Source of the DNA: Sarea resinae | Lineage: Eukaryota | Direction of reading: 5' to 3' | DNA length: 64,000 nt | Assembly: GCA_026026165.1 (NCBI GenBank) | Contig: JAPEUD010000005.1 | Location: forward strand, 434,001 to 498,000 | Shown: positions 11,872 to 24,503 of the stretch, piece by piece | Layout of the letters: every line of letters begins with the position of its first letter | Position numbering within the stretch: the stretch's first letter is position 1 | Translations under genes and position numbers: made by a program | Notes under the pieces: model-generated | The model's database searches: none | Told to the model about the DNA's origin: nothing | What the model saw: the letters and a program-made list of their open reading frames with translations, nothing else

Positions 11872-14800
11872 ATGATGAGGCTAGGAGGCCATCCTCTGGG
11901 CCTGCTTGTTCTACTCCTGACGATATGTATCGCGAACGCGAAGAAGTCGGAGCCGACCATCTCGACCACCAAATTCGATGGCACTCCTGGTGGTCTCTTT
12001 TATTTTGACGACACGGATATTCTCTTAGTCCAGGATCGAGAGGGATCGAATGTATATAGGAGCGCAGATGCGGGCGAGACCTGGGACCTCATCAAAGGCG
12101 TTCCAGATGGTGAAGCATTCGAGGTTTATCAGCATCCTTACGACAATAACGTTGCCTACGTGCTCAGCCTCAATCGTACTCACTGGGTTACTGATGACCG
12201 AGGGGAGTCATGGAGGCAATTTCAGACAGATGCGCCGCCAGCGCTATTCAAACAGCCACTTGGGTTCCACGCCGGAGATAGCAAGAAGGTGTTGTTTCAG
12301 GGACAAGACTGTGAAGCGTGGATATGTAAAGACGTGGTAAGTCTGAGCTGTCCTGGGTTCCAATCTGAAACCGAAGGCATTCTCCACAGGGCTAATTGAA
12401 ACTCCACATAGACTTTCTTCACCGTAGATGGCTTCAAGACTACACAGTTGCTACGAGAACAAACCCGATCCTGTACCTTCGCCCGTGCAACTGACCTCTT
12501 TACGACGGGGACGAGTCTTGCGGACGATGATCGCATTCTCTGTATCGTGGAGGGCAGATATTCTCCCTGGGCCAAGGATAATCGCTTAGTGGTCTCGGAC
12601 GATTATTTCACGGATGAATATGAGCCTGCTTTGGAGAGCGACCGGACTGTTCAAGGCATAATCAATATGGCTTCCGTCAAGAAGTACTGGGTGGCGGCGG
12701 CAAAAGCAGAAGGCACTGATGAGCTTGCGCTCTATATCAGTGATGACGCGAAAACTTGGCACAGAGCCGTGTTTCCGAACGAGCACAAGTTGGAGGAGGA
12801 TGCATACACCCTTTTGGAATCTACGAATTATAGCATTCAGCTCGATGTGATGACGACGAGGCCAACGAATCCAATGGGCGTTCTCTTCACCAGCAACTCC
12901 AATGGGACCTATTTCACTCGCAACGTTGAGCATACGAATCGCAATATCATCGGCCTCGTCGATTTCGAAAAGGTCCAAGGTATTCAGGGCATTGTGCTTG
13001 TGAATACGGTGAAGAATTTCAAAGAAGTGGAAGGAAGCTACGCAGCCGACAAGATCCTTCAGACTGCGATCAGCTTCGACGATGGACGGACTTGGGAGGA
13101 CCTGAAAGTTGGTAAAAAGAAACTCCACCTGCATTCGGTTACGGAGATGCGAAACGCCGGAAGAGTCTTTTCGAGTCCAGCTCCAGGGCTCGTCATGGGC
13201 ATCGGAAATACGGGCGACGAACTCGGTCACTATCACGATGGCGATCTCTTCGTATCTGATGATGCGGGTTTGACGTGGAGAAAAGCTCTTGATGGGCCTC
13301 ACCTTTACGAATTCGGGGATCAAGGATCTGTTCTGGTTGCAATCAAAGACGTGGAATTCACAAGCAAGGTCTACTACTCTATAGACCATGGCAAAGAGTG
13401 GGAAAGTGTGGATCTTGATCAAGAGATTCGCGCTCAACAATTAACGACAACGCCAGATTCCACGAGCCTCAAATTCGTGCTCATTGGTAGTAAAGGCCGT
13501 GGTTTGGACATCGAACACATCATTTTCTCACTTGATTTTGAAGGCCTCCACGAGCGAAAATGCAAAGACAGCGACTTCGAGAAGTGGTGGGCACGCTTGG
13601 ATGATGACGGCAAGCCAAGTTGTATAATGGGCCACAAGCAATATTACAACAGGAGGAAGCCGGATGCCGATTGCTTCATCGACGAAGAGTTCAAGGATCC
13701 ACGACCCCAGTATGAACCTTGCCCCTGTACCGACGCTGATTTCGAGTGTGATTACAACTTCGTACGAAGCGAGGATAGAAAGGAGTGCACACCTGTGGGA
13801 ATGATTATCCCGCCCGATGGAGAGTGCAAGAACATTGATGATGACTTCATGGGAACTTCCGGGTGGAGATTGATTCCTGGCAACGACTGCGTCCGTAAAG
13901 ACGGAGTCGAAAAAGATAAGCCTGTAGAAAGGCCATGTCGGGATACAATCAAGAAGCCTGCAAGTGGACAGGTATCTCATGAGACAAACACATTCAAGGC
14001 CAACGCATTCCGCGAATACTTTTATCTGGAGCGCACGGAGACCAGCACAGGTGACGACGAGACGGTCATCATGCGAACCGACCAACAGGAGATATACCTT
14101 TCAAGGGATCATGGAAAGACATGGGAGGAGATCCTGGTAAATTACGACATCCTGGCCATCTATCCTCACCAATATTTCAATGATGTTGTCTACTTTATCA
14201 CCGCTTCAAAAACCGTTTATTATTCGATGGAACGGGGTCTTAATATTCGTGAGTTTCAGGCTCCCCATGAGCCGAATCACGACCGGCTACAAATTATTGG
14301 CTTCCATCCTGACCACAAAGACTGGTTGATTTGGACTGGTGGTGCTGAATGCAGTGGCTGGAGTGGCGATTGTCACTCTGCTGCCCATGTGACCACACAT
14401 CGTGGCGACAACGATTGGCAACCTCTTTTGGATTATGTCCGCAAATGCCAGTTTATCCCGGAAAAGGCTCGCGGTGGCAGTGAAAAGCTCGTCTACTGTG
14501 AACAGTACCAAGACGAGGATAAGGCGAAGCCCTTGCAGCTCATCGCAAGTGACAACTGGTTCGATGATCGGAAAGTTCATTTCCAGGATATCATTGACTT
14601 CGCTACGATGTCCGAGTTTATCATTGTAGCGGCAAAGGATGAAGACCAGAAATCTCTCAAGGTTGATGCCAGCGTGGATGGGTCGACTTTTGCTGAAGCC
14701 TTGTTCCCGCCCAACTTCAAAGTTCCTCACCAGCAAGCATACACGGTCCTAGACAGCTCTACTCACTCGGTTTTCTTGCATGTCACAGTCAACAGCCTCG

Positions 14801-16450
14801 CCGAGCACGAGTATGGCTCCATCATCAAGAGTAACTCGAATGGCACCTCGTACGTTCTTAGTCTCGAAGCCGTTAACCGGAACAGCGACGGGTATGTCGA
14901 CTTTGAGAAGATGCAGGGTCTGGAAGGTGTTGCGGTCGTGAATGTGGTTGATAACGCGAAACTTGTCGATAATGGCCAAGCCAAGAAGCTCAAGACGATG
15001 ATCACACATAACGACGGCGCCGAGTGGAGCTTGTTAGAACCTCCAGAAAAGGATTCCGAAGGTAGGAAATTCGATTGCAGCGGTGGGCTGCAAAAATGTT
15101 CGCTACATTTGCACGGCTATACGGAGCGGAAGGATCCACGAGACACTTTCTCGTCCCCTTCGGCCGTAGGCTTGATGGTGGGCGTCGGGAATGTCGGTGA
15201 GTATCTGGGTCAATACAAAACGGGAAACACGTTTATCACCCGCGATGGGGGCATCACCTGGCACGAGGTGAAGAAGGGTACCTATATGTGGGAATATGGT
15301 GATCAGGGCGCAATCGTCGTCATTGTCGAGGAGTCCACTCCGACGGACGTCATCTTCTATTCCCTCGACGAAGGGGAGACCTGGACAGAGTATAAATTCT
15401 CCAACGAGAAGATGCAGATTCAGCAAATCTCGACCGTTCCCAGCGACACTTCGCGAAATTTCCTTCTTTGGGCTACTACACCTGGCGGCGATGGTATTGC
15501 GACAGTGAACCTGGATTTCAGTGGCCTTACTGATCGTCAGTGTACACTGGATGAAGAAAGTCCGGAAGAAGGTGGAGACTACTATCTGTGGGAGCCGCGG
15601 CATCCGATGCAGGACAACAATTGTCTTTTCGGGCATGTGGCTCAATATCATCGAAAAGAACCGCAGGCGGAATGCTACAATGGGAGAAAGATCGATCATC
15701 TCCATAGCATTGCGAGGAATTGCAGCTGCACCCGTCAGGACTTTGAATGGTAGGGCCCATGTTTTTAGGTTACGCTGTTCCCTTTAAGCTGACATGATCT
15801 GCAGCGACTACAACTTCCAACGCCAAAATGATGGCTCTTGCGCCCTCATCGGCGAGATGCCGGACCACTCTCAGATCTGCCGGGATGATCCCAACACGCT
15901 CGAATATTGGAAGCCAACTGGCTATCGCCGCATCCCGCTTGACACATGCTCGGGTGGGCGCGAGCTCGAGTTTTCCGGGCAATCGATTGCGTGCCCGGGC
16001 CGAGAGAAAGAATACAAGAAGAAGAGAAAGGGCATCTCGGGCGTGGGACTGTTCTTTGCGATCACGATGCCCATCTGCGCGGCGGCGGCCGTGGGCTGGT
16101 GGGTGTGGCGCAACTGGGACGGCAAGTTCGGGCGGATCCACCTCGGCGACACGGCCAGCGGCGCGGGCTTCGACGGCACCAATCCGCTCATCCGGTGGCC
16201 CGTCGTCGCCGTCTCGGGCCTGGTCGCCGTCGTGGCCACGCTCCCGCTGCTGGCGTCGAGTCTCTGGCGCAGCGTCGCGGGGCTCTTTGGAAGGGGCGGC
16301 AGCGGTGGTGGCTACGGCGCCATTGGTGGCGGTGGTGCGGGCCGGCGATATACCACGCGCTCGTCGTTTGCGCGCGGCCGCGGCGATTACGCCGTGGTGG
16401 ACGAGGACGAGGGCGAGCTGCTTGGCGACGAGAGTGATGAGGAGGTGTAG
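11872..16450 (+). CDS. VPS10: Vacuolar protein sorting receptor Vps10/Pep1 (3 exons)
   Basis: Signal peptide, duplicated VPS10 domains with BNR/Asp-box repeats ([32 protein letters not shown]), Cys-rich CT(D/R)xDFECDYNF segments, TM helix and acidic tail. Introns at ~12337-12411 and ~15750-15804. Confidence 0.97.
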
Positions 16451-16593
16451 GTTTAGTGTTTCTCGTTTCTTTCGACTGCGCGGAGAGAAGGGCACGGGGT
16501 GGGGTCGGGGTATGTGAAGATCTCCCCCCCTTTTTCCTCGCTGTAGGATAAGCGTCGTTGTGTCAATGTTGTTAGTGGTGTTCTTGTTGTTCT

Positions 16594-16618
16594 CATCATC
16601 ATCATCATCATCATCATC
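16594..16618. repeat. (CAT)n microsatellite
   Basis: About 8 copies read directly downstream of VPS10. Confidence 0.9.
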
Positions 16619-16829
16619 AATTGAAGCCCAAGCGAATTAGAATATCCATTTTACCATTAGCATCTGTGTGTGCATGTGGCTTCTATGCTCTACTCTGCTG
16701 TGCTGTGCGGTGCTGTGCCATGCGACTGTAGTTGTGGAGTTCTAATTGAAACAGCTAATAGATAATAAAAAACAACAATCCAAACTCTGTCTCTCCCTCT
16801 CTCTCTCTCTATTTATACATATACGACAC

Positions 16830-17345
16830 TTAAGGGGTAGTAAGTAAGGTGTACTGAAGTAGAGGGTAAAGTAGTGCAGGGGCAGGATAGCGTAGAGTTA
16901 AGGTAGAGTATAGTAGAGTAGGATAGAGTAAGAAAGCGGAGAATAGAGTAGGGTAGGTATAATAGAGAGCAAAAAGGAGAGGAGAGAGTAAAGCGTAAGA
17001 GAAGAAAAAGAAGAGAGTAGAGAGTAAAGAGAGAAGAATAGAGAGTGAAAAGGAGATAGGAAAGAGTAGAGAAGAGAAGAGAAGAGAAGAGAAGAGAAGA
17101 GAAGAGAAGAGAAGAGAAGAGAAGAGAAGAGAAGAGTAGACTAGAGAGTAAGAGATAAGAATATAATAGAGAAGAGTAGAGTAGAGGAGGTAGAGAAGGG
17201 AGTGAAGAAAGTGGAGTAGACTTAGAAGATTTAAGAAGAGTAGGTAAGTAGGTAGGTAGGTAAGTAGGTAGGTAGAGTATAGTAGACAGTGCAGAGTAGA
17301 CGGTACGGTAGAACAGTGGACAGAAAATAGTAGACACTGCACAGT
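16830..17345. repeat. Purine-biased low-complexity tract with a (GAAGA)13 core at 17071-17135
   Basis: Plus strand is mostly A/G with GAGTA/GGTA variants around the perfect pentamer array. Confidence 0.92.
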
Positions 17346-17484
17346 GGAACAGTGGACAGTGGAACGGTCAAAAGTGCACAGGGATTCGTGGACAGATATT
17401 CAGCGACTACAAATTCAAAAGATGGAACGAATTTGGGTATCTATGCTAGGGCTACAGAATACGATCAACACAAAACTAGAAAAA

Positions 17485-18887
17485 TCATAATTCGTCAAAG
17501 AGGCGTAATGGCGTGTCATTATTATCATCATCATCGTCGTTAGGAGGCGAGGAAGAGACGGCCGCCGTCTTCGGGACTCCAGCGGCATCCTTCATGCCGC
17601 GACCACCGCCGCCATTTCCATCATTTATCTTCTTCTTCCCCCCCACGGCTTCAATCACGTCCGCCAGGAACGAAGAAGAGTCATTAGCTTTCCCGGCAAC
17701 GTCGCCACCGCCGACGCCTGAAACAAGAGCGTCGCCGTTCTCAGACACGGCCAAGGGCGCGCCCGGCCCTCCTTCTCCTCCTCCGCCATCCCGGCCCGCG
17801 GGTCCGAAATAATGCACGCCCCAGAGGATGGCCATCAGCAGGGCGACGGCGCCCATGACGGCCCAGAGCAGACGCAGCCGCCGCGTGGTCTTGGCCTGCC
17901 ACTCGCGCTCGCGCTTCTCCCACGTGGCGATCTTCTCGCGCACGTCCTCGAGCCGGTCGCCCAGCAGCCGGACCTTCTCGCGGCCCTTGTGCAGGCGCGA
18001 GTCGAGCGTCTGGATCCGGTGCGTGTGCTGCGGCACGTGCGAGGAGAGCGCGCGGACCGAGTGCGAGATGGTCTGCGAGAGCGACGTCGTTTGCGATTGG
18101 AAGTGCGAGTGCAGTGTCGCCGTCAGGTGCGAGAGCGAGTGCAGCGAGAGCAGAGTCGAGTGCAGCGATGACACGGATTCCAGGATGCTGTAATACGTGT
18201 CGTCGAGCCGCGTGGCCGTTGTCGAGGACAGTTTTGCGAGCGTGTGCAGGGAGGTGCGGAGTTCGCTGTTTTGGATTTGAGCCATGGTTAGCTGATTTGA
18301 TGGGTGAGATGGAGAAAAGATGATGATGATCGATGAGGAGAGCCAGGTCAACAAAGGTGACCGCAGTTGGCGAGAACTATGGTAGACAGCACGAGGAAAA
18401 CTCACTCATCCCTTCCCTTGGCCTTGTCCTTCTCCCTCGCCAACTCGGCGGCGTCAATAATCTTCTTCTCTTCCCCCTGCTCGGGCGCCTCTCCAAGCGC
18501 TACCAGACTCCCCCTCCTGCTGATGACATTAGAGCTCGTGCCCGACGCGCTGGCCATATTGCGCGACGACAGCGTGCGCGAGAGCTGCAAGTCATTGCCG
18601 TAGGGCGGATGGAGGTGCGTGGCCGATTGAGTCATGGATTTATCGCGCGTGTATTCGTAGTAGCTCGGCTGGCCAGGGCTGCTGCCGAAACCGGCGCTGA
18701 GGCCGCCCGTCAGCCGGAGCCGTTTGCTGGCGGCATTGTTCTGTAGGTTGAGGTGGTGAGTGTGGTGGAGTTGCGGGTGGGTTGGAGCGGTGCTGGAGCG
18801 GCTCGGGGGGGAGAGGTCGGCCGTTGCGGTTGCCGAGCGGTGGAGTGGAGAGCGCAGGCGGGCAGGGGATGTCGATGTGCGGTTCAT
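17485..18887 (-). CDS. Hypothetical coiled-coil membrane protein with one TM helix and C-terminal FDEL (2 exons; intron 18405..18266)
   Basis: Two long ORFs join in frame via GTGAGT...GCTAAC...CAG; strong GC3 bias; TRLDDTYYSILE, a coiled coil, hydrophobic LLWAVMGAVALLMAILWGV, and the ending LRLFDEL. Start position uncertain. Confidence 0.8.
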
Positions 18888-19297
18888 GATGTTGGATGGC
18901 TGGATAATGATATCTTCACGGTGGGGTCTGCGGGATTGTTGGCATTGCTGAGTGCTGTTTTGTTTGTGTTGGTGGTGTTGACGGTGTGGATGGTGTTGAG
19001 GGTGGACAGGAGGTGGTGAGTTGAGGTCCGTGTCGATCCGGGGTAGGGGAAGGCGGTGTATGAGGTCACAAGCGATGGCATTCATATCCGACCAGAGTCT
19101 CAATCTCAATCGACTACGACTTCACCACTGGTCATTGATCTAGAGCTCAGCTTCCTTTCCAGAAGAAGAGAGTCTATCAGAGTCTATCGAGTGTTCAAAA
19201 TCTTCAGAGTCTATCCCGACTTGGCCCGCGCTCATATTCACATAGATGCATTAATCCGTTCCACTTCATTTCCACTTCATTCTAGATCATCGACCGC

Positions 19298-20186
19298 CTA
19301 GGCCGCCGCAGCCCCGCCACCCTTCTTCTTCTTATCCTCAATCAATTCAATATTATCCTCCGGGATATCCTTGTACGTCTCCGTGATCCAGTCAAATATG
19401 TCGTCGCTCAAATCCCCCTGGACCACAATCTCCTCCCCCCCACTCGGCGTCTTCGTCACACTGCTTCCCGTGGCGAATTTCTTCCCAAAGTCCTTGGCCA
19501 CTTTCTTGAGCTCGAGGCCAAAGGCTTCCAGTCCCGAGACAGCCGTCACGTATTTGCGCTTGTTCCGCTCGACGCGTTTGATGATGACTTTTGACGTTTG
19601 CTTCTTCTCGACTTCGCGCGCCTCAGCCGCTTCCGCTTTGGCAGCTTTCTTTTGGGCGTCTTTTTCGGCCCGTTTCTGGGCGTCAACCGAGAGGGTAGAG
19701 AGATTGGCAGTTAAAGAGTCTGTGCCAGAGAGATATCAGCTTCTGCTCCAGCCCTCTAGCTTGTACAGAAGACCATCCTGCGATCTGTAGTTTTCGCTCG
19801 GGCACCGAAACCAAGGATGCGCGACTGACCGTCCGAGTATAATCGTTCATAGAGATCCGGGTGATTGTTTTCAAGCCAGTCTTTGCATTTCTTCACTGTG
19901 CCACCGAATTCGCAATACTAGCGCTTGGCAGGCGGGTCAGTTATGTCTCACCAGACGGCCTTGATTGGGAACATGTAGATGAACGTTCTCGATTGAGACC
20001 AACGTACTTCTGGAGGTAATGTGCAGACTTGATCCTCCGTTAGCAGCTGGTAACATGAAAGACGATTGCAAGAGCCTGGCGGCGGCGCATTGGCTGCAAA
20101 GACAGGTCGTGTTCTCAAGACTCACCTCCGCAGTAGACGACGTGGCGTGCCTGTGGCTCCGCCGGCGCTGTTTCCGTATCGGCCAT
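19298..20186 (-). CDS. TMA22: Translation machinery-associated protein Tma22/DENR (SUI1 domain), 4 exons including a 20-nt microexon
   Basis: Spliced: VVYCG|VCTLPPE|YCEFGGTVKKCKDWL...IKRVERNKRKYVTAVSGLEAFG...KKFATGSSVTK...EIVVQGD. Confidence 0.95.
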
Positions 20187-20755
20187 GTCCGTTGGATTGG
20201 GTTTTAAGTAAAAGTATGCGATACTATGCCAGCATATGAAGTCGAAGTAGGAGAGTATTTCGGGTTGAGACTAGATGGAGGGAGGTCGCAGGAGATTGGT
20301 ATGGACATGAATATTGGTCTGGAGTTTGGAGGTCTGGGGAATGCAGTCCGCTACAAAATAGAGGGGTCTGAGGGGCAGCGCTGGGCTATACATGGGTACT
20401 TCGTACCTGAATTCCATTCCACTCCACTGCTCTCGATACATCACCGTGAAACATGACCGACCAGACTTTTTGGCAGAGCGACAAGCAATCTAAAGTCCAA
20501 GACCATATATACCAAGAACGAGAGCAGTTCTAGCCTGACATCTATCATACACAACACTCCTCCGACAGAGGCCCAGTGTCCGGGGTATCTCCCTGTATCT
20601 GATCGAGACCGCCAATGCAACAACGCAAACAATTAGGCCACCCAGATCCGCAAAAGAGCAGAGCCGGCTAGCGGATGCAAATAAATCTCGCCCGAGACCA
20701 ACGTTCCCCCGAACCATCTCCTGAGATCGTAAATGTCCCGCGCATCGCCATCTCT

Positions 20756-23266
20756 TCACAGTCCACCGAAAACATCATACCAATAGTCCTCATCTAGGCC
20801 CTCGCGGCTCGGCACCTCCCTGTCCCCTCCTTCCCTTCCATCCTCTCCGTACCCGTCTTCCCCCTCACCAAACCCCAACCCATCAAACCTGACATTGAGT
20901 AGCCGAATCCTCAACCCATATTCGCTAATCAGCTTGACCAACTTATTCGTCTCGGCGGTTATAGGCCGCTGGTTCAGAAGCATAAGGAGCGCGTCGAGCC
21001 ATTCAGAGGCTACCGTATGAGAGGAGGGATGTAGCGTCAGTAGGGTGGATTCCTTTTGAGCGGATTCTTTCGAGGCAGTGCCCGGGGGCTGGGGAAAGGG
21101 ATGGCTGGGGGGCAGGTAGCCGTGGATGGTAATCGTGGTGGTGGTTGAAGGTCTGTTGTGGGGATGGGAGGGGTGAGAGGAAGGGTGGTTAGGAGGGTGA
21201 GTTTTTATGGTGGAGCTTGAGGAAGCAGAGGAGGCCGAGGAATGGGAGGAGGCCGATGTGGATATATTCGAGACGACCGAGGAGACGATGGAGAGATCGA
21301 CTAATGTAAGGCTGATTAGCACAAACGATGATACAGAATGGAGTAGAAGAGGCGGAAGAGACAGTGACAGCGACAGGGAGGAAGGTATGGATCCAGAGGA
21401 CAAAACACACTTTTCTCAGGCAACATATCCAATGCCGGCTCAAATTTCTCATGCCGCTCGAAGTCCGCATAATGAAGATATCGTCTGTTATGTGAGAGGC
21501 GTACGTAGCGCCATGGCCCTGCTGTTACCCCGGTAATATGGCCGTTGGCGTTCTCGGACTTGCTGGTCGCGGATGGAGCTGTGGAGTTGGGGAACCAGGC
21601 GCCTTGCAAGATGCACCGGATGCGCTGTTCCTTTATGAATTGGAGTGCCTCGTGATTGAGTTCTTCCCGAACTTGTCTGTATACACAGCAATGAATGGTC
21701 AATCGATCGTATCATTCGTCGTCTTACGCAATGTCTGCCTGCATGAGAATGATGTATAAATACCTTAGATGATGCCCCCAAGTATCCTCGTACGTCAACT
21801 CCAGCAACTCCATCTGCAGCTCTCTTAATCGTGCATACTCGTGTTCAGCAATCTCATCCTCGACCTCCTGAACCTCCTTTGTGCGCGATGCTTGTCCTAC
21901 CACCTGCTCGATCAATATCCGTACCAATTCCTCGACCTTATCAAAGTCTTCTATTTCGGCGAATGTAGCTTTCCATAGCCGGAGGAAGGCTTGTAGACCG
22001 CTAGTGTGCAGTCTAGACCATTGAAGAAGCAGTGGCCGGAAGACTTTGTCGTAATTGGTGCGCGATTCGAGAGCGAGATAGCTCTTTGCATCGTCAATGT
22101 CGGAATTCTCGACTTCGAAGTGCTCGTATAGGATTAAGGTGACCGATAAACTTGCCCGGGCAATGGGACACCGTTGCTCTGGCGGCAGGGTGGATTGCTC
22201 GAGGAGTAGCTGCGAAAGTCGTGGATTAGCAAATGCGAATCACATTCTGCTATCAATGCCGAACCTTTTGAAACCCATCTTCGTGCTTTCGTACGAAATC
22301 CGTTAGATCCATCATCCCAAGGAATCCAACCTCTTCGAAATCCAAGGCCGGTGATTCTGTTCGGAAGCCCAGACGCCGCCATTTCTCTGGATTGTGTCTC
22401 CGACTTCTCTTCAAGTCGTCGCCTTCAGCCTTCTCTGGTCGCTCGGGATTGCTTGCGAGATGAAGACCCTTTAGAGCCCGTCGATGATCCGGTTTCTCCA
22501 AATCAACCCTGACGTCTCGCCATTTCCTCAGTAGGATCTTTGTCAGCGCCTGGAATTCCAGAATCGGATGCGCTAGGTCCTGTAGGGCAGTAGATTGCAT
22601 CAACTGATAGACGGCTTTGATAACACCCAAATCTTGTATCCGTTTGATGAATTTCGGCCACTCCGCCTCTTCTTCGTTCATGATGGCATCGCGCATCAGT
22701 GAGTTGATAAGCTGCAATGCATTGGCACAGAGCGCATGGTCGGCCGATGACAGCCTGCTAACAAGCATCTCCAAAAATTGCGGGTATTCGGCGAATGAAG
22801 GCTTCAAGGCTCGGAAACCAAAGACGCCCTCGTCGGGAGAGCGGCCAGAGGTATGTGGATGCGATACGACGGCCACGAGAATGGACATGGCGCCGCGAAG
22901 AATGTTGACGAGTGGATGGGTCACCACGAGCTCGACCACCTAGGAGTTTCCCACGTCAACAACGTTGGCTATCTGTCTTGGGACCAATCACAAACATACT
23001 CGGTCCACAAGCTCTTGATTCACATAATCCCATCCCATATCCACCTCCAACAATCGCGAGAGAGAGGTCAGGCAGTATGCCAAGGTGTTGCCAGACGCAT
23101 GAAGGGCCAGAAATCGTAGCTTCGTCAATCCGCCCTCGGCGATGAAAATGTCTGCAAAGGACGGGTCGGCGATGTTGGACTGGAGTTTGAAGACGGCCAT
23201 CTTCCGGACCGCATCTTCGTCACTCCCAAGCCGCTCTACGAGCTCGGGAATATTCAGGGTCTCCAT
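20756..23266 (-). CDS. LMO1: ELMO/CED-12 domain protein with C-terminal PH domain (5 exons)
   Basis: Armadillo-like N-terminus (RKMAVFKLQS...GNTLAYCLTS), WRRLGFRTESPALDFEEVGFLGMMDL (ELMO domain), QRIRCILQGAWF and WRYVRLSHNRRYLHYADF (PH), ASEWLDALLMLL. Confidence 0.88.
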
Positions 23267-24503
23267 GGCTCAATGCTCAACTTAGCGGCTGAGAAGAGAC
23301 ACCGATCAGGTCATAAATGAGAGTCAGTGAAGCGGGCTTCAGCGATGCGCATCATGACGCCCCAAGAGATTCCGTCGCGCAGATTTGGTACGCGATGTTC
23401 TATACTCTCATTTTTAGGAGCTCTGCGGCCGAGGGTATTCGTAAGATTTGGGGGATTTGGGGATGTGATCCGCGACTACATTATTGGTGCGCGACCAAAG
23501 AGGAATTGGCTTGTGCGGAATATCCCTGAATAATCCCTGGCGGCCAGGAACGGATTGATGCACAGACCGCCCGAGATTGAGCGATACAATCTACGACAGA
23601 CGACCGACAGACAAGGCAGTCCGATTCACATCCTCTATACAAATCGTCGTGATGATTGTAATACATATCACACATATTCAGGTTTCCTACAACTAAGTAA
23701 ACAGAATCTCATCACCTTCAACGTTGTGATGGTAGAGGAGGATCTCTCTGAAGTCACATGTCGAGGGAGTAGCCCCAGTATCCCTAACCCGGTCGTCTTG
23801 CCTCTCCCCCACGCCGCCGGTACCCGCCAACCATGGGAAACGGACGCGTCACATTTCGGGACATGATGAACGGTAGTTGGCTGTTGGGAGCTTCACCTGC
23901 AACGATCCGGCTTTTAGAATTTGGCAGTACAAAGAAACTTCCAACCGATTCCGGAAAGTAAAGACGTCGATTCACGGCACACAAGCGCATTGAGTCAGTT
24001 TTTAGATTTGGGCGAAGCACGCCAGTGTTTATCACACATTGTATCAAGCCCCTTCTCGGAAGGCACGATCCCAGCTCTGCTTTCTCCTCGTCATTGCCGC
24101 CGGGAGAAATAGAAGGGGGAAAGAAAATTAGTACTCTAGAGGTTGTAGTAGTAGCAGTAGCAGTAGCAGTAGCAATTGCAGCCGCAAGGCGCCAGGGCAA
24201 GAATAAAGAAAATTGAGATCGAGAAGGAAGAAAGATGAAAGGAAAAGAAGCTGGAATCCACGACACATGCACGCATATCGGCTTAAGCAAGAAGATTCGT
24301 ATTCGCATAGCCACCCCCGTGTGCCTGGCCGATTTCGCCCCGCCGATAACGCCGAAAAAACCAAAGATGATTTCGCTGAAAGAACTAGACAACTCGAAGC
24401 GGAAGTCGTAGCAGGGCCGTTGAAAGCTCCGATACCTCTCTGAGACCAGATATCTGCAATGGATCCTATGGACATCTAGCAAGAGATTCCGTGCTCGTGA
24501 TGT

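Noticed and set aside
16813..17342. ORFs with FSSLL/LLYS repeats that look like membrane proteins
   Set aside because: Translations of the (TCTTC)n microsatellite tract.
23555..24482. Several short ORFs between the ELMO and REG1-like genes
   Set aside because: No coherent splice model or codon bias; better explained as REG1 3' UTR and ELMO promoter.
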